Assembly: GCF_000485595.1 (NCBI RefSeq)
Contig: NW_014577062.1
Coordinates: forward strand, 1,287,646 to 1,325,016
Length of the DNA stretch: 37,371 nucleotides
Direction of reading: 5' to 3'
Source of the DNA: Priapulus caudatus
Lineage: Eukaryota
Made by a program: the position numbers and the translations under genes
Shown: piece by piece, positions 11,541-24,049 of the stretch
Layout: every line of letters starts with the position of its first letter
How positions within the stretch are numbered: position 1 is the stretch's first letter
Notes under the pieces: model-generated
What the model was told of the DNA's origin: nothing
The model's input: the letters and a program-made list of their open reading frames with translations, nothing else
Database searches by the model: none

Positions 11541-12480
11541 AAGTGCTAGGGTGATGGTAGCTATAGGTAGCTACAGGTAATCGCTGAAGTGACGGTAGCT
11601 CTACTGTAGGTTGCTACAGGTAAGTGAGAGGGTGACGGTAGCTGTAGGTAGCTACAGGTAAGTGAGAGGGTGACGGTAGCTGTAGGTAGCTACAGATAAA
11701 TGCTAGGGTAACGGTATCTGTAGGTAGCTACAGGTAACCACTAGGGTGACGGCAGCTGTAGGTAGCTAGAGGTAAATGCTAGGGTGACGGTAGCTGTAGG
11801 TAGCTAGAGGTAACCACTAGGGTGACGGTAGCTGTAGGTAGCTAGAGGTAACCACTAGGGTGACGGTAGCTGTAGGTAGCTACAGGTAAGCGCTAGGGTG
11901 ACGGTAGCTGTAGGTAGCTACAGGTAAATGCTAGGGTGACGGTAGCTGTAGGTAGCTAGAGGTAAATGCTAGGGTGACGGTAGCTGTAGGTAGCTACAGG
12001 TAAGTGCTAGGGTGACGGTAGCTGTAGGTAGCTACTGGTAAGCACTGAAGTGACGGTAACTCTAGGTAGCTACAGGTAAGCGCTAGGGTGACGGTAGCTG
12101 TGTAGGTAGCTACTGGTAAGCGCCAGGGTGACGGTAGCTACAGGTAAATTCTAGGGTCACGGTAGCTGTAGGTAGCTAGAGGTAAGCACTAGGATGACGG
12201 TACCTGTAGGTAGCTACAGGTAAGTGCTAGGATGTCGGTAGCTCTAGGTTGCTACAGGTAAGCGCTAGGGTGACGGTAGCTGTAGGTAGCTACTGGTAAG
12301 CACTGAAGTGACAGTAGCTGTAGGTAGCTACAGGTAAGTATTGAAGTGTGATATCAGTTGTAGTAGCTACAGGTCAGTACTGGAGTGCTATATTAGTTGT
12401 AGGTAGGTGTAGATGGTAGGTAGGCTGGAGTAAGGGTATAAAGTGAGCTGTATGTAGTTGTAGTTAGCTGTAGGTAAGCA
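11541..12480 (+). repeat. 38-bp minisatellite (CTAGGGTGACGGTAGCTGTAGGTAGCTACAGGTAAGCG-like), about 20 copies, decaying rightwards
   Basis: Period 38 (e.g. 11893 and 11931; 11620 and 11658). Confidence 0.95.
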
Positions 12481-13703
12481 TGCGACTGTACCGTCGTCTC
12501 TTTATCGTGAGGTGCTTGGTGTTCAGTGACGAACAAGACGTCGTTGGGTCTCTATGCTGTTGCGAATACGCAGTGTCTAGTAAATTGCGCGCGCACGATT
12601 TTTCATTTGAACTACGTCCCTGCGTTATGAGATGTTGCAATCGCGGCTAGCGCGACCGAATGAGTGAATTCGCCGGTGAAGGTTTGATGAAATTACAGCA
12701 TTAATCGACTCCGATTTTCTTGTATTGCCCTGCTGAGTAAATCGCGCTTTCTGACCGATTTGCGCTTTTTCGAATCCATCGATCAATATATAATTAGTAT
12801 TGAGATTACAGGGGATGCCGGGTAAGCGTAGCTAAAATTTCAGGAAATAAATGTCTGCACGCAAGCCGGGCAAATCCTGTTTGAAGTGCGTTTAACGTGT
12901 TCTTAAAGGTAAGTCAATAAAGATTAAAAACGATAATTGGATGTGATCGGACTCATTCTTCATAGTTCTGTCGGTAATAGCCAACTTTCATCCACCACCG
13001 TTTCACGGCGCCACATTTGCAGCGCGCGAGATCACCAAATGAAATAATCTTAGCCTGTTACATGATTGAGTATAAACATAAAGGATTATTGTCGTGTAAA
13101 GTTAGATACTAACCACGATTATCATAATAATTTTAAGAACACAGCGCTGTAGATGTCCGTTCTTCCAGGCTGATTTTCATCAGACGCGTGACTAGTATTG
13201 TCGTATTCCACGGTCATTTGCGTCAGAAAGATTTTGTTCGCGAAAAGCGCGGGAAAGTGGCGGAAATCTCCATTAGACTGCTGCTTGAAATACATTCCGA
13301 TGTAAACATAGTTAGTTGGCGTGGGCATGAAGAATGTCCAACCCGTTCGTCCCATGAATATTTCATCGTCTTACCCGCGCAAGACGCAGTTCAGAAACTT
13401 CGGAGCGATTTATTTTATCTAACGATCTTGCTTGTTTAACTAATTTCAATTCTAGCGTGCCACTTTTCGCCGCGCCCTCTCACAATTAATAGCCATGATC
13501 AAGTGTAGCGCGAAATCTGCGATCGAGATCTGCACCGCGACTACAGCGCCGTCTGTCGGAATTAGTTAAAATGCGCAAACACGAACTTCCCGCCGGTGGT
13601 CGGATTCTGAGTTTAGCGAAATAGCGTTGCATATATGCATGAGCGAATAAACGACTTAGTGGAGGTGGAGTTTCTTGTTGCCGAAAACGAACGGAGAGGC
13701 GAT

Positions 13704-13716
13704 TGTGTGTGTGTGC

Positions 13717-13780
<64 letters not shown>

Positions 13781-13812
13781 TGCGTGTGTGTGTGTGTGTG
13801 TGCGTGCGTGTG

Positions 13813-13848
<36 letters not shown>

Positions 13849-14240
13849 TGTATGTGTGTGTGAGCGTGTGCATGTGAGCGTGTGCATGTGCTCGTGTGTG
13901 CGTATGCAAGTGCGTGTGTGAGCGTGTGAATGTGTGGGTGTTCGTGCGTGTGCAAGTGCGTGTGGGTGTCTGAGCGTGTGTGAGCGTGTGCATGTGCGCT
14001 TGTATGTGCGGGTGTGTGCGTGTGCAATTGCGTGTGGGTGTGTGTGGGTGTGTGAGCGTGTGCATGTGCACGTGTATGTGCGGGTGTGTGCGTGGGCAAG
14101 TGCGTGTGAGTGTGTGTGGGTGTGTGAGCGTGTGCATGTGCGCTTGTATGTGCGGGTGTGTGCGTGTGCAATTGCGTGTGAGTGTGTGTGGGTGTGTGAG
14201 CGAGTGCATGTGCGGGTGTGTGTGTGAGAGAGTGTGTGTA
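13704..14240. repeat. (TG)n/(TGCG)n microsatellite grading into a 72-bp higher-order repeat
   Basis: Visible; 24-aa periodicity in the overlapping spurious ORFs. Confidence 0.93.
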
Positions 14241-14998
14241 TGTAGCGGGTGGGTATAGGTGGAGTAAATGCTCGTGTGTGCGTGCTTAGTAGCTGCGCGT
14301 GTGGCGGCGGGGCGCGGGGATGCATGTAGTTAGTTCTCACGGCAAGAAATCAATCGGTTCGCTCAGAGCTTCTAACATATAGTTACCGCTATACGTGGCT
14401 GTGCTACACACGAACATCTGCTGCATGCGAGAATTAGTTCTCACACATTTGACATCGCAGGCCACCTCCGATAATGCGCTGCTTTGCTGACTCTTCCGTT
14501 GACACATTACGCCACCCAAGACTAACCTAATCTCCCTGACCCTACTTGACATCTTACACCGTCCATGACAAATCATCTCTCCCTAAAACACCCCCAATTT
14601 GTCACCACACGCCTGATAAATATTATTCGCAACCCGCCCTGTTCTTGGCATACGCAGTTCTCTCCACCGATACCTTCCCGACCCTCCGCGCACGGACGCG
14701 GACGTACGTACGCACGCACGCACGCACGCACGCACACGCGAATACAGATACACGCATGCAGTTTTTCCCGACACGTTTCAGCGCCCAGCGTAATATATAA
14801 TATATAATACTATCTACTACTAATATCTATATAATAAATTATTATCTTTTGCGTAACTGCAAATTGGATTACGGTGGCGAGACTAATGATTATTAAGCCC
14901 GCGGTGAGGCGTGCGCGCATGCAACGTCACAGACACACGAATTCGCGCGGCGAGCCGTCTGTATCCCTCTCCCGCCTCCAGCTGTGCTGAGTGCTGGC

Positions 14999-15049
14999 CA
15001 TAGAAATAATATATTAGTTAGACTACTGTCTCTATATAGTCTCTCTATG
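14999..15049. mobile_element. Degenerate micro-MITE related to 22983..23034
   Basis: CATAGA...TCTATG ends and shared CATAGAAATA.TATA..AGTTAGA; TSD not preserved. Confidence 0.45.
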
Positions 15050-16820
15050 GTACAAACAGGCATCGCCTCACTCGAAGGAGTGCAACTATACAGACTCCCA
15101 TTGGAAACCGATAACTCCCTCTGGCGACGGACGGCGATAACATGTAGAAAAGTGGTCGAGCATGCTGACCCGATAGCTTAGGCATGTAGGTCAATCTTTA
15201 CTGTTAAATTATTACAATGTTTAGTTATTTTTACGTGATGTTTGCAGGCTACGAACACCAGTAGGGTACCCTATATTCGATAATGGATGTGAATATGTGA
15301 AATAAATCCAGGCCGTGTCTAGTACACGCGTATTTTTTACGCTTGGGCTTAACTCCCGGATTTTCTGCAAATAGCATCACAATGCCAACACGACCAGCGG
15401 GCACTTTTATATCCACGATTATTGCGATCACGACATTAGCATCCACTTAACGACTTCCGGTTAAAACTCAAGAGCAAACATTCGCCGAAACGCTCAGTGC
15501 CTGGTTCGAGTCTCATCAGTCTACGTAAATTCGATGCAAAGCCGCGTCGAAAGAGAAAGATAATAAATGTGAACATGAATTATGCAGGTGATTATACGGG
15601 AAAGCATTGCAGCCTGCCATTAGCATGGCTGCCGGCTTTTGAGAATTAAGCAGATGTCTTAGCATTAAAAATACGATATATACGTGACATACGCCGCGTA
15701 AGACTGCCAGCTCTACTCGCCTCTCGGTTAAAAATGTCTCGGAGCAAAATTAGCGACGATAATTAAGTATGGGCGAATAATAATCGATGTCATCGACGGA
15801 GATTCGACGACTTTGATTATCAACCGAGGTTTTAACACACTTGCACTGTTAACATTTTCCCAGCGGGTCTTTGTTCTCGTATAGACCTACTGTGTGATCA
15901 TGCATGCGCGGGCGCACGTAACGCGCGAATAGGCACGGCATCGCCATCTCAGAACAGCTTCGATTAAAATCCAGCGCATGTTCGAATGCGAACGTTCGAG
16001 CAGTGACACGTAACATTCCCAAGAGCGAATTTCATTTTAATTCAATTGCGAATAACATTCTGAATGCGTTAAATGATGAACGTGAACGATGCACTTCATA
16101 AATTTTAGTGTAATAATCGGTATAACCGCGACACACATGTTCTGATATACGACACAATGTTTAATATTTAGGATTAACCAATGCGAACACACCACGCTCA
16201 CGCGCACCAACGCACGCGTGCTTGCACGCACGTACACACTCGCGCACACACAATAGTTTTTATTTCTAATTGGAGAGCCTAACAATTTTACCTAAACGTG
16301 ACTGATCGACGACCTTTGTCATGTGATCATGCACCTATATACGCCATCGCGTCCGCGCGTCTGTAATATTGCTGCGTTGTCAAGTTCCGATACACACAAG
16401 TATCTGGTTGCGACGCACACACGCACGCAAACACCCACGCACGCACTCACGCTTGCATCTCTGAGGCAACGCATGTACGCATTCACACAAGTACTCAACG
16501 CATGTAAGCACATCCAGACACCCACATCGCCCACTGCGTACGAGTGAATTCAAAATATGTCGAATCCTTTCAATTCGAGTGATTCGCGCCCACGAAACGC
16601 CCCCATGCACGCCGTTACAATCCGTTCTAGTGTGTGCGTGGAATCGTCGTTTAGCGCGAGTAGGCAGCATTTAAACGAGAATCGCCGACGCTGCATGTGT
16701 CAAAATACAATCGGCGAGGCGCATGAAACTCGGCGATTATTGCTTTCGTAGGGAAATAGCGCCGCATTGCATATGCCCGCCAGCTCGCACTGACGCACAC
16801 GCACGCCTCTTCGTAATCCG

Positions 16821-16823
<3 letters not shown>

Positions 16824-16915
<92 letters not shown>

Positions 16916-17022
16916 ACACGTACACGCACACGCAAACGCACACGCACACGCACGCACGCACGCACACACGCACGCACGCACACACACACCACGCACGCAC
17001 GCACGCACGCACACCCACACAC
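16824..17022. repeat. (CA)n/(GCAC)n microsatellite
   Basis: Visible. Confidence 0.95.
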
Positions 17023-18190
17023 GCCAACACAAACTAGCACAGCTCTAACAAGTTTAAGTGACATTTATACGCAGCGAGTTATATGCGATCAACTATATTA
17101 CGTCCAAGAGAGAATCTTGTCTGTATTCGCCCTTCTATGTGGTTGCAGCCATCAATCAATCCTTAGGCAGTAAAGCAACGATAAACAATGCATGCAACGT
17201 TTAGCCGAAATAACGCCCTTATTCATCCTAAATGCGCAAAATCGGTGAAAGTATGGGGAAGTTAAAATAGTAAATACTTGTTCACATCAGTCACGTGCCG
17301 ATGGTAAATTATTGAGCGTAACAATGTTATTTCAATCGTCTGTAGACACAGACGTTCGTAGACGGCTGTTTCGTATATAACTAGTGCCCCAAGCAATCTA
17401 CGCCGATTTCGCTATAACGAGGGTTATATAGGGCTCCTGCAGCATGTTCGTAGTAAGCACGGGAGGAGAGTCTGCAAGCATCCAAGATGGATCGGAATTT
17501 AAAAGGCGATGTGAACACTTTCCCGGGGATGCCCCCTATCTGAGGCCACCGCAAAATCCTCTCGTTGGAAAGGATGGATATATGAAAAGATCTAGTTGGA
17601 AAAATTGTAGGCTCGAGCAGCGGTAGCTAACCCAACTGCATGATGCAAGTCTGAAACACACAAACGAACATCAAATAACAAGAAGGTGTAAGTCCGCGAA
17701 ACTACATTTTTGAGTATTCTGGTTACAGACCACATATGCTGCACAATTTCATTATTGTATTGCTATATTATAGCTGCAAAATTAAGCATCCTTAGGAGCA
17801 TCCGCATCGCATGTATGAACATTTAGAATATATTCCCACAACATACAGCTTTTAGATTTTTAACCATGCCGTGCCCGTCTCTCGGCCATTTCTAAATGGA
17901 AAACATCCATGGAAAACGGAAAAATGCATAGATATGGCAGAACTGAATTGGCTTCAGTCTTTTTTCCCTTATTCGCTTCCATTATCGTAATTTCTTTCTC
18001 TGTCTAGTAGCAGATGCAGCAGCACCGAGCATGTGCATTAGCAGCTCCTTCCAGCGGCATTACCTTGATCCCAGCATCACCCCTCTCTCGCAATCACTAC
18101 CCTCGCTGTATATCTATCGCAACCCTCCATCACTGTATGACTTCCAGCGCCATCGCCATCCCTCTCTTAATTCGCCCATGTCTCAGCGTC

Positions 18191-18193
<3 letters not shown>

Positions 18194-18238
<45 letters not shown>
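18194..18238. repeat. (CT)n microsatellite
   Basis: Visible. Confidence 0.95.
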
Positions 18239-18240
<2 letters not shown>

Positions 18241-19924
18241 TGCGCGCTCTCTCGCTATCTTTCCTTTTTTCCTTTTTCTCTCGCTTAATATTGTCTCTAA
18301 TCTCATCAGCACATTACCCCACCATCGTAATCTTTCACTCTAAATATCAAGCATGTTCATCCGCCCCTCCCCTGACACACCGTAGTGCGAGTAAGATATT
18401 CAACCGGTTGATCAAAGCAGAGCATCGACGCATTACCAACGACACGCGCGAGCCCATTTCCAATCATCATATATTGCTCACATGCAAAGATGACGCGGTC
18501 GAGTGCGTCGACCAGTCGTGTAAGCCACAATTGCCCTGCCATTTCGAGCTCAGTGCCTTCAGACGCGTTACGTAAAAGCAACAAGGCGCCGTTTTATGCG
18601 TCTATGATTATCATGATGATTAGAGTGGATCAGTGGTCGTGGCGTCAGGCTGGATCAGCGATCGTCCGTGATCCAGACGCACGCATACGCGATGCTGCCC
18701 AGCCTATATAGTATGGGAAGTACTGCATTGTACTCTCACTTGTCACAGTTCGAAAACATGTATAATTCCGCCAATATTAAATATGTTGATGGCTTTACTA
18801 TTATTTAGTTCCTTAATTGAATGGCAGATATATGTAGGTAGGTAGTTGCTAGCGTGTTGTAAATAGTAGCACTGCATTCCTCATTCTTGAAAAAGTAGGA
18901 TTAGCCACCGGATTCAAGATCCCAGGTGGTCTAGAAATTGAGCTACTGGTAAAATATTAAAGGTGCCCCGCCTCAAGGTTTCAAGCGGCAAACATAAAAT
19001 CAGGCAAAAATAAATTATTTGAACATTGTACGTTTGTACTTGCCTATATATGTGTGATAGGTAAAAAAATGCGCAGGAATACGTTCATTCAAAGCTTTTA
19101 GATTACAAAGTGAAAGTGTCGGGTCGAATGTTTCAAAAAGCGTTCGAAACAGTTTTCGTTGAAGGAATATAGGCTTGATACATATTTTTACAGTTTATTT
19201 TCAAAGCTAACGTTCAGTTAAAGTGTAGTGAGTTATTTACTTACGTTTTTACAGTGGCTTGTCACAAAAATGTGCGCGGCAATGCAGCTTGAACCGGCGG
19301 TGTTAAACTTTTAGCGCTTATTCGTGCTTACGATCAACGGCGAGACATCTAGTTATTTGTCCCGAGTATTTCTACTTATTTTTTGGACGACTAATCGTCG
19401 GAAAGGTTTATCCTGAAAACGGAAAAGACGAAACGTTCCACGCCGATGATCACCGTCATTACGAAGATGTGCAGTCGCGTCTGCCTCGTAAATTGAAGGC
19501 CATGCAGACACATTGCAGGGAGAACGATCGAGCGTAACGTTCGGCGATAAAAGAGCAGCGATCGTTCCAGCCACACTGCATTTAAAACGACTGGCGGTCA
19601 GTTAAAGTTTAAACATTACCTAGACATCCGTAATTTGTTACTCTGGAGAATTCAACACTTTATGTCGGTTACAGGAAGGATGGTTATACGGTAGATTGCT
19701 CATGGACGACTGCGTGGTTTTCCTGCAACCAGTCATCCTGAAAGCACAATATTTCAGCTCATATACCTATAGTTGCTATTATTGTCTACCCGTAAAGTGT
19801 CGCGTGAGCATAGCACTGAAAATTAGAAACTATTCTAAATAGTTTAGTCACTTCTCTTATCGCCTGACGTTACCACATCAGTGTATAAACATACATTAAA
19901 CAGCGAAACATTATCTCAGTGCAA

Positions 19925-20120
19925 ACCCTTACTGTGGAGGTGTGGACCCGGGAGGAGTGTATAACCTCGTCCGGGTGCCGGGTTTTGATCACTCTCGCCT
20001 GACTCCTCTTCTGTGGCCGGTTCAGCATGGTTCAACCTTCGCCGACTTCGCTCTTGGAATCACAGGAGTACGGAAGCCCCCACACGACAGCAACGTGGTG
20101 ATCCAGGTCGTGGGAGGATC
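19925..20120 (-). mobile_element. RTE/BovB-type retroposon 5'UTR-like fragment (non-autonomous)
   Basis: Minus strand GGATCACCACGTTGCTGTCGTGTGGGGGCTTCCGTACTCCTGTGATTCCAAGAGC...GAGGAGTCAGGC...GTGATC resembles the conserved RTE 5'UTR (recalled from memory); GC-rich island in AT-rich flanks. Confidence 0.6.
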
Positions 20121-21721
20121 CCATTAATGAACCATATATTTCATTTCATTTATGTCACCATAAATGAATGTGACGAGCTCTTTTGCAACTGGATTGCCCG
20201 TGGGGCTGGGGAGGTGTGACGTTATCGTCATACGATACTACTACTACTAGTTCAAACCATATATTCTAATTTTCGCAATAGCCGTCGAATGCTCCGGACA
20301 GTCGTCCTCACTCTACTGTAACCTTGTTACTTTAAAACATATTCGCCGCTGAACATCTAAACGCAGTTGCAACGCATAGGTGAGCGTGTATAGTTGCGCG
20401 CCGCCACAGCTCGGGGGAATACAGGAAAGAAGTTAATTAGAGGATGCGAAGAGTTATTAGATGTAGGCGAAGCAAGAACAGCAGCGCGCTAAATATGGTA
20501 TAGCACGACATGTCATTGAGTTAACAGGCATTGGCAGGCGACGTCTGGACGGGAGTCGCGGAGTTAATCGGGATCTACGGGGAATTCTCTTTCACGGATA
20601 CTATAGAGTCTTGTTTTAGCGCCTAACTCCTACTATACGCAGGTTTCAAAACCAGCGTTTGTGAATCAATGTGATGCGTGAAATGAGTTCCTCTCTCGCT
20701 GCAATTCCCCCTCGTGATGGCGCATAGGTACTGTATCGGTGGGTTGCCTGCGCTAAATGGGTGCGACCTGATATGTACTGCATAAGAGGTGCCCATCACA
20801 ATGAGCATAAGAGGGGTTGACGCACAATGAGCAGACACATTCCTAGTTAATGCAGTTATATATTCTTAACATCAACTCTTTCCGTTACTCTTAGAATTGT
20901 TACAGTGACCCGACTAAGAAGTATTGGATAAGCAGACAACGGGGAACGACGGTACAACTAATAATACTCAACGATTATTTCTGTCCGTGTCGTGCGGCAT
21001 ATGTGGTGCGGCATGTAGCCTATGCGGTGCCCACGAGCATAGGTCTGCATACCTGGTTAATTCTCGCACGTAGCACGGTCACACGCACCGCGTCTCGACG
21101 TCACCGCACATGCCTCTCTCTCTCTCTCCAGCGCTATAATCTTATCAAGCGCTGTGAGTATTGAATTAACGCCTTCATCCATCACGCCTCCTCGCGTGGC
21201 TCGCACAGGGGCCACTTCAAAAACCCTCATTAAATGTCATATCACTGCGCGTCTGCACTCGTCACGAGCCGCTGCTTTTCCGGATACCTTCTATTTACCG
21301 GATAGCAGAAATTGAAATGGTGGCGTGATTTTACGTGCGGGAATAGCCACTCGCATCCATAGATGCATCTCAAAGAGTTCGTCAGCAACAGAAATAGCCA
21401 GTTAGTCGGGTATAGAGCTTGCTGTTTGAGTCACCGACTCCCGCTATTTAATTACTATCAAGCACGCATGCGCTCTCGAGATCGCCCCGATTTAATTTTT
21501 CGTCTGGCTTGCTGGACGGTTAGTCGTACCATGATCGAGTCACGGCCGCTCGCAAACAGATATACGCGCTACTCGCACTGTCACGCACGCAACATCCTCG
21601 TTTAACTTCAAGCACAAAATTCAATTTTCTCGGTGCGAGTCATCGTGAAGCTGACGCAATTGCAATCATTTTCATGACACGGGAAAACTCACACAGGCGC
21701 CATGTGTAATCAGTAGCAACG

Positions 21722-21790
21722 ACATCGTCGGTATTCCCAAACATCGTCGGTGTTCCCAAACATCGTCGGTATTCCCAAACATCGTCGGTG
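21722..21790. repeat. 19-bp tandem repeat, 3.6 copies
   Basis: ACATCGTCGGTATTCCCAA at 21722, 21741, 21760, 21779. Confidence 0.93.
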
Positions 21791-22207
21791 AAAGCGCCGA
21801 GGTGGTCGCGCTTGGCATCCGAAATAAATAGGGATGAAAATCACACACAAAAAACCGCAATCCCATGTGGCGAAGAATTGTGCGCTGATTTTTTTTCATT
21901 AGAGTATAGTTTACTTTACGAAGAATCCGATCGGCAAACACTGCAAACAATTAGTGTTATTTGACTATTAGGTTACCCCCCTACTACGGTATTTGTAGAT
22001 CGTTTTTTCAATAAATCACCGTAACGTTTACATATGAACGTTAGTGTAGTGAGGATAAAGCCATAAACACGCCCGCCAAGTCTTAATCTGATCAAATAAA
22101 TATAGACACACTGTGTCAATGCAACCAACTCTCACTTCGCGAGATGGTGACTTAATGCTGACGCTGTTGCTTGGTACATACGTACGTCGTGTCGCAGCGC
22201 TTGGCAA

Positions 22208-22331
22208 AATATTATATTATATTATATTACATATATATATATACTATATATATATGATATATATATATATTATATAATATATATATATATATATATAGGG
22301 CTACAGGGGCGTCAAACACGGCTATATATTC

Positions 22332-22380
<49 letters not shown>

Positions 22381-22441
22381 CATACAGGGGCTTCAAACAG
22401 GCTATATATATATATATAGCCTGTTTAAAGCCCCTGTATGC
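22208..22441. repeat. (TA)n tract with a 62-bp palindrome (22380..22441) and a degenerate extra copy of its left arm
   Basis: GCATACAGGGGCTTCAAACAGGC-(TA)n-GCCTGTTTAAAGCCCCTGTATGC. Confidence 0.85.
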
Positions 22442-22982
22442 AAGTTCTAGGGAATTTCGTGTACTTTCTGACGTTGTCGTCACACGCATCATTACGTATC
22501 AAAGTGACCAACATTTCGGCATTATACCGGCATAAAGGAGTCCTTAAAATTTAGATTGATGATAGCGCCTATGTGAGTAGAATATTTCGAGTCAACGTAG
22601 TTCCAAGCACTTCATTACTCATCACACGCATGCGAGCAACTAGATGCCAGCATACATTACGCGGAAATATAATATCTTTAAACGTATACTTACATACATC
22701 GGTTTGCATGCGGACTTGTCTCTCCTATAACTATCATTAATCATATATGAGTGCTCTCTATTACACTGCATGGTTTTGAAAGCACGGATTTCAGGAAACA
22801 CGCAGTCATCAGATCCGAGCTAATCAAAACATACGGGTAGTTTCAGCTACCCAGACATCACATGTTTTCCATGCTGGTAAACAACTCGGGTATAAAAGCT
22901 AGAGACCGAATTTGTGATGAATACATCTTATCAGCTCGTCACTCAGCGAAGCGCTAATGACACGCCTCGCTTGTGTCCGAAC

Positions 22983-23034
22983 CATAGAAATATACAGAGA
23001 AACAATACAGACTCTAACTTATAGTATTTCTATG
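22983..23034. mobile_element. 52-bp P-superfamily-like micro-MITE
   Basis: TIR CATAGAAATA/TATTTCTATG; 8-bp direct repeat GTCCGAAC (22975..22982, 23035..23042). Confidence 0.8.
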
Positions 23035-23170
23035 GTCCGAACGCGTACATCTCGCGAGCTCCGGGAAAAAAATGAGTACTTACCGCGGCTCATTAGCGAT
23101 TAACATGATCAACGGACGTTATATTAACCGCCCGCAAATATGCGAACTACACGCGCTAACATAATATTAT

Positions 23171-23215
23171 CAGGAGTGAATAATAATAGATATAATCTAT
23201 TATTATTTACTCTTG
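23171..23215. mobile_element. 45-bp palindromic micro-element
   Basis: CAGGAGTGAATAATAATAGA...TCTATTATTATTTACTCTTG; 7-bp TSD ATATTAT. Confidence 0.72.
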
Positions 23216-23340
23216 ATATTATCCTGATATTATGTACGGCGGATACTTCAACAGCGCTTAAAGGATAATTACTCTTGAAGCACAACGGACGCTCGGCTGT
23301 GACTATACTTCCCTTCCCGTTTATTTTAAATACAGGTTAA

Positions 23341-24049
23341 GGATACTCTCAACCTTTTGCACGTTTATTGGCGAATGAATCGAACCAATCACTTGTTTTA
23401 TTTATAAAGGAGATATATCTTTAAGCTCAAGGCAAAAAATTTCATGAAATTTTTAGCACCTAATTATGTTACCACAAAAATTTTGAATTTTTATGTAAAA
23501 ATGGTATTTTAGATATTTCTCAATTACCAGAAAGAGTGAGGATACACAATTTTCGCCACATTTTAAGCACAATATGTACCAAAATAGTGCATCAGGATTT
23601 TTCTGTAAGTTTTATATTTACCGAGAAAAATAAAAAAAACTGCCTCAAATTCAAGTCGCACGTTTGAATTTAAAATTTTTGCGAATAAAGAGACATAACT
23701 CATAAAATACTGCACTTAATAACAATCCCTGACGCACTTTTTTACAGCAATATGTTACCATTAAAACGAGTGTAAAATTAAATTATTCCGAGTTGTAATC
23801 ACAGAGAAATATCCATTTATACATCGACTACTAAGTCAGAAATTGGAACGAAGAAATCTGCGTTTTTCTGACGTCAGCCGCGGCTCACTACACATGTACG
23901 CGGGCAAGCAAAACGCTCTGACAGTTCACATGTACCGTTATATAGAGAAATGAGGTGTACACAGGTGGCACATAGTGTTAGCCATCGAATAAAGTTGAAC
24001 ATGAAAAATCGGTAAACATTTTCCTAAAACCTTGAGAGTAGGCCTATCC
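23341..24049. mobile_element. Non-autonomous Kolobok-like DNA transposon (709 bp)
   Basis: TTAA on both sides (23337..23340, 24050..24053); purine-start TIR GGATACTCTCAA / TTGAGAGTA[GGCCTA]TCC; AT-rich non-coding interior. Confidence 0.75.

Noticed and set aside
11541..12480. CRISPR-like appearance of the 38-bp array (also 26620..27701 and 29430..29777)
   Set aside because: Head-to-tail repeats without unique spacers, no cas genes, eukaryotic context.
13486..14340. His/Thr- and Cys/Val-rich ORFs
   Set aside because: Translations of TG/CA microsatellite.
14812..14840. Helitron-like 5' end (TCTATATAATAAA)
   Set aside because: No matching hairpin plus CTAG 3' end found.
15500..15515. B-box-like GGTTCGAGTC
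   Set aside because: No A box or cloverleaf; not a tRNA gene.
17431..17670. Possible SINE body or hammerhead/HDV ribozyme (CTGCATGA...GAAAC; GCTAA)
   Set aside because: Core motifs are imperfect and I could not build the required stems; no A/B boxes or TSD seen.
18957..18975. TTAA-AGGTGCCCCG, a possible Kolobok-type left end
   Set aside because: No partner TIR found downstream.
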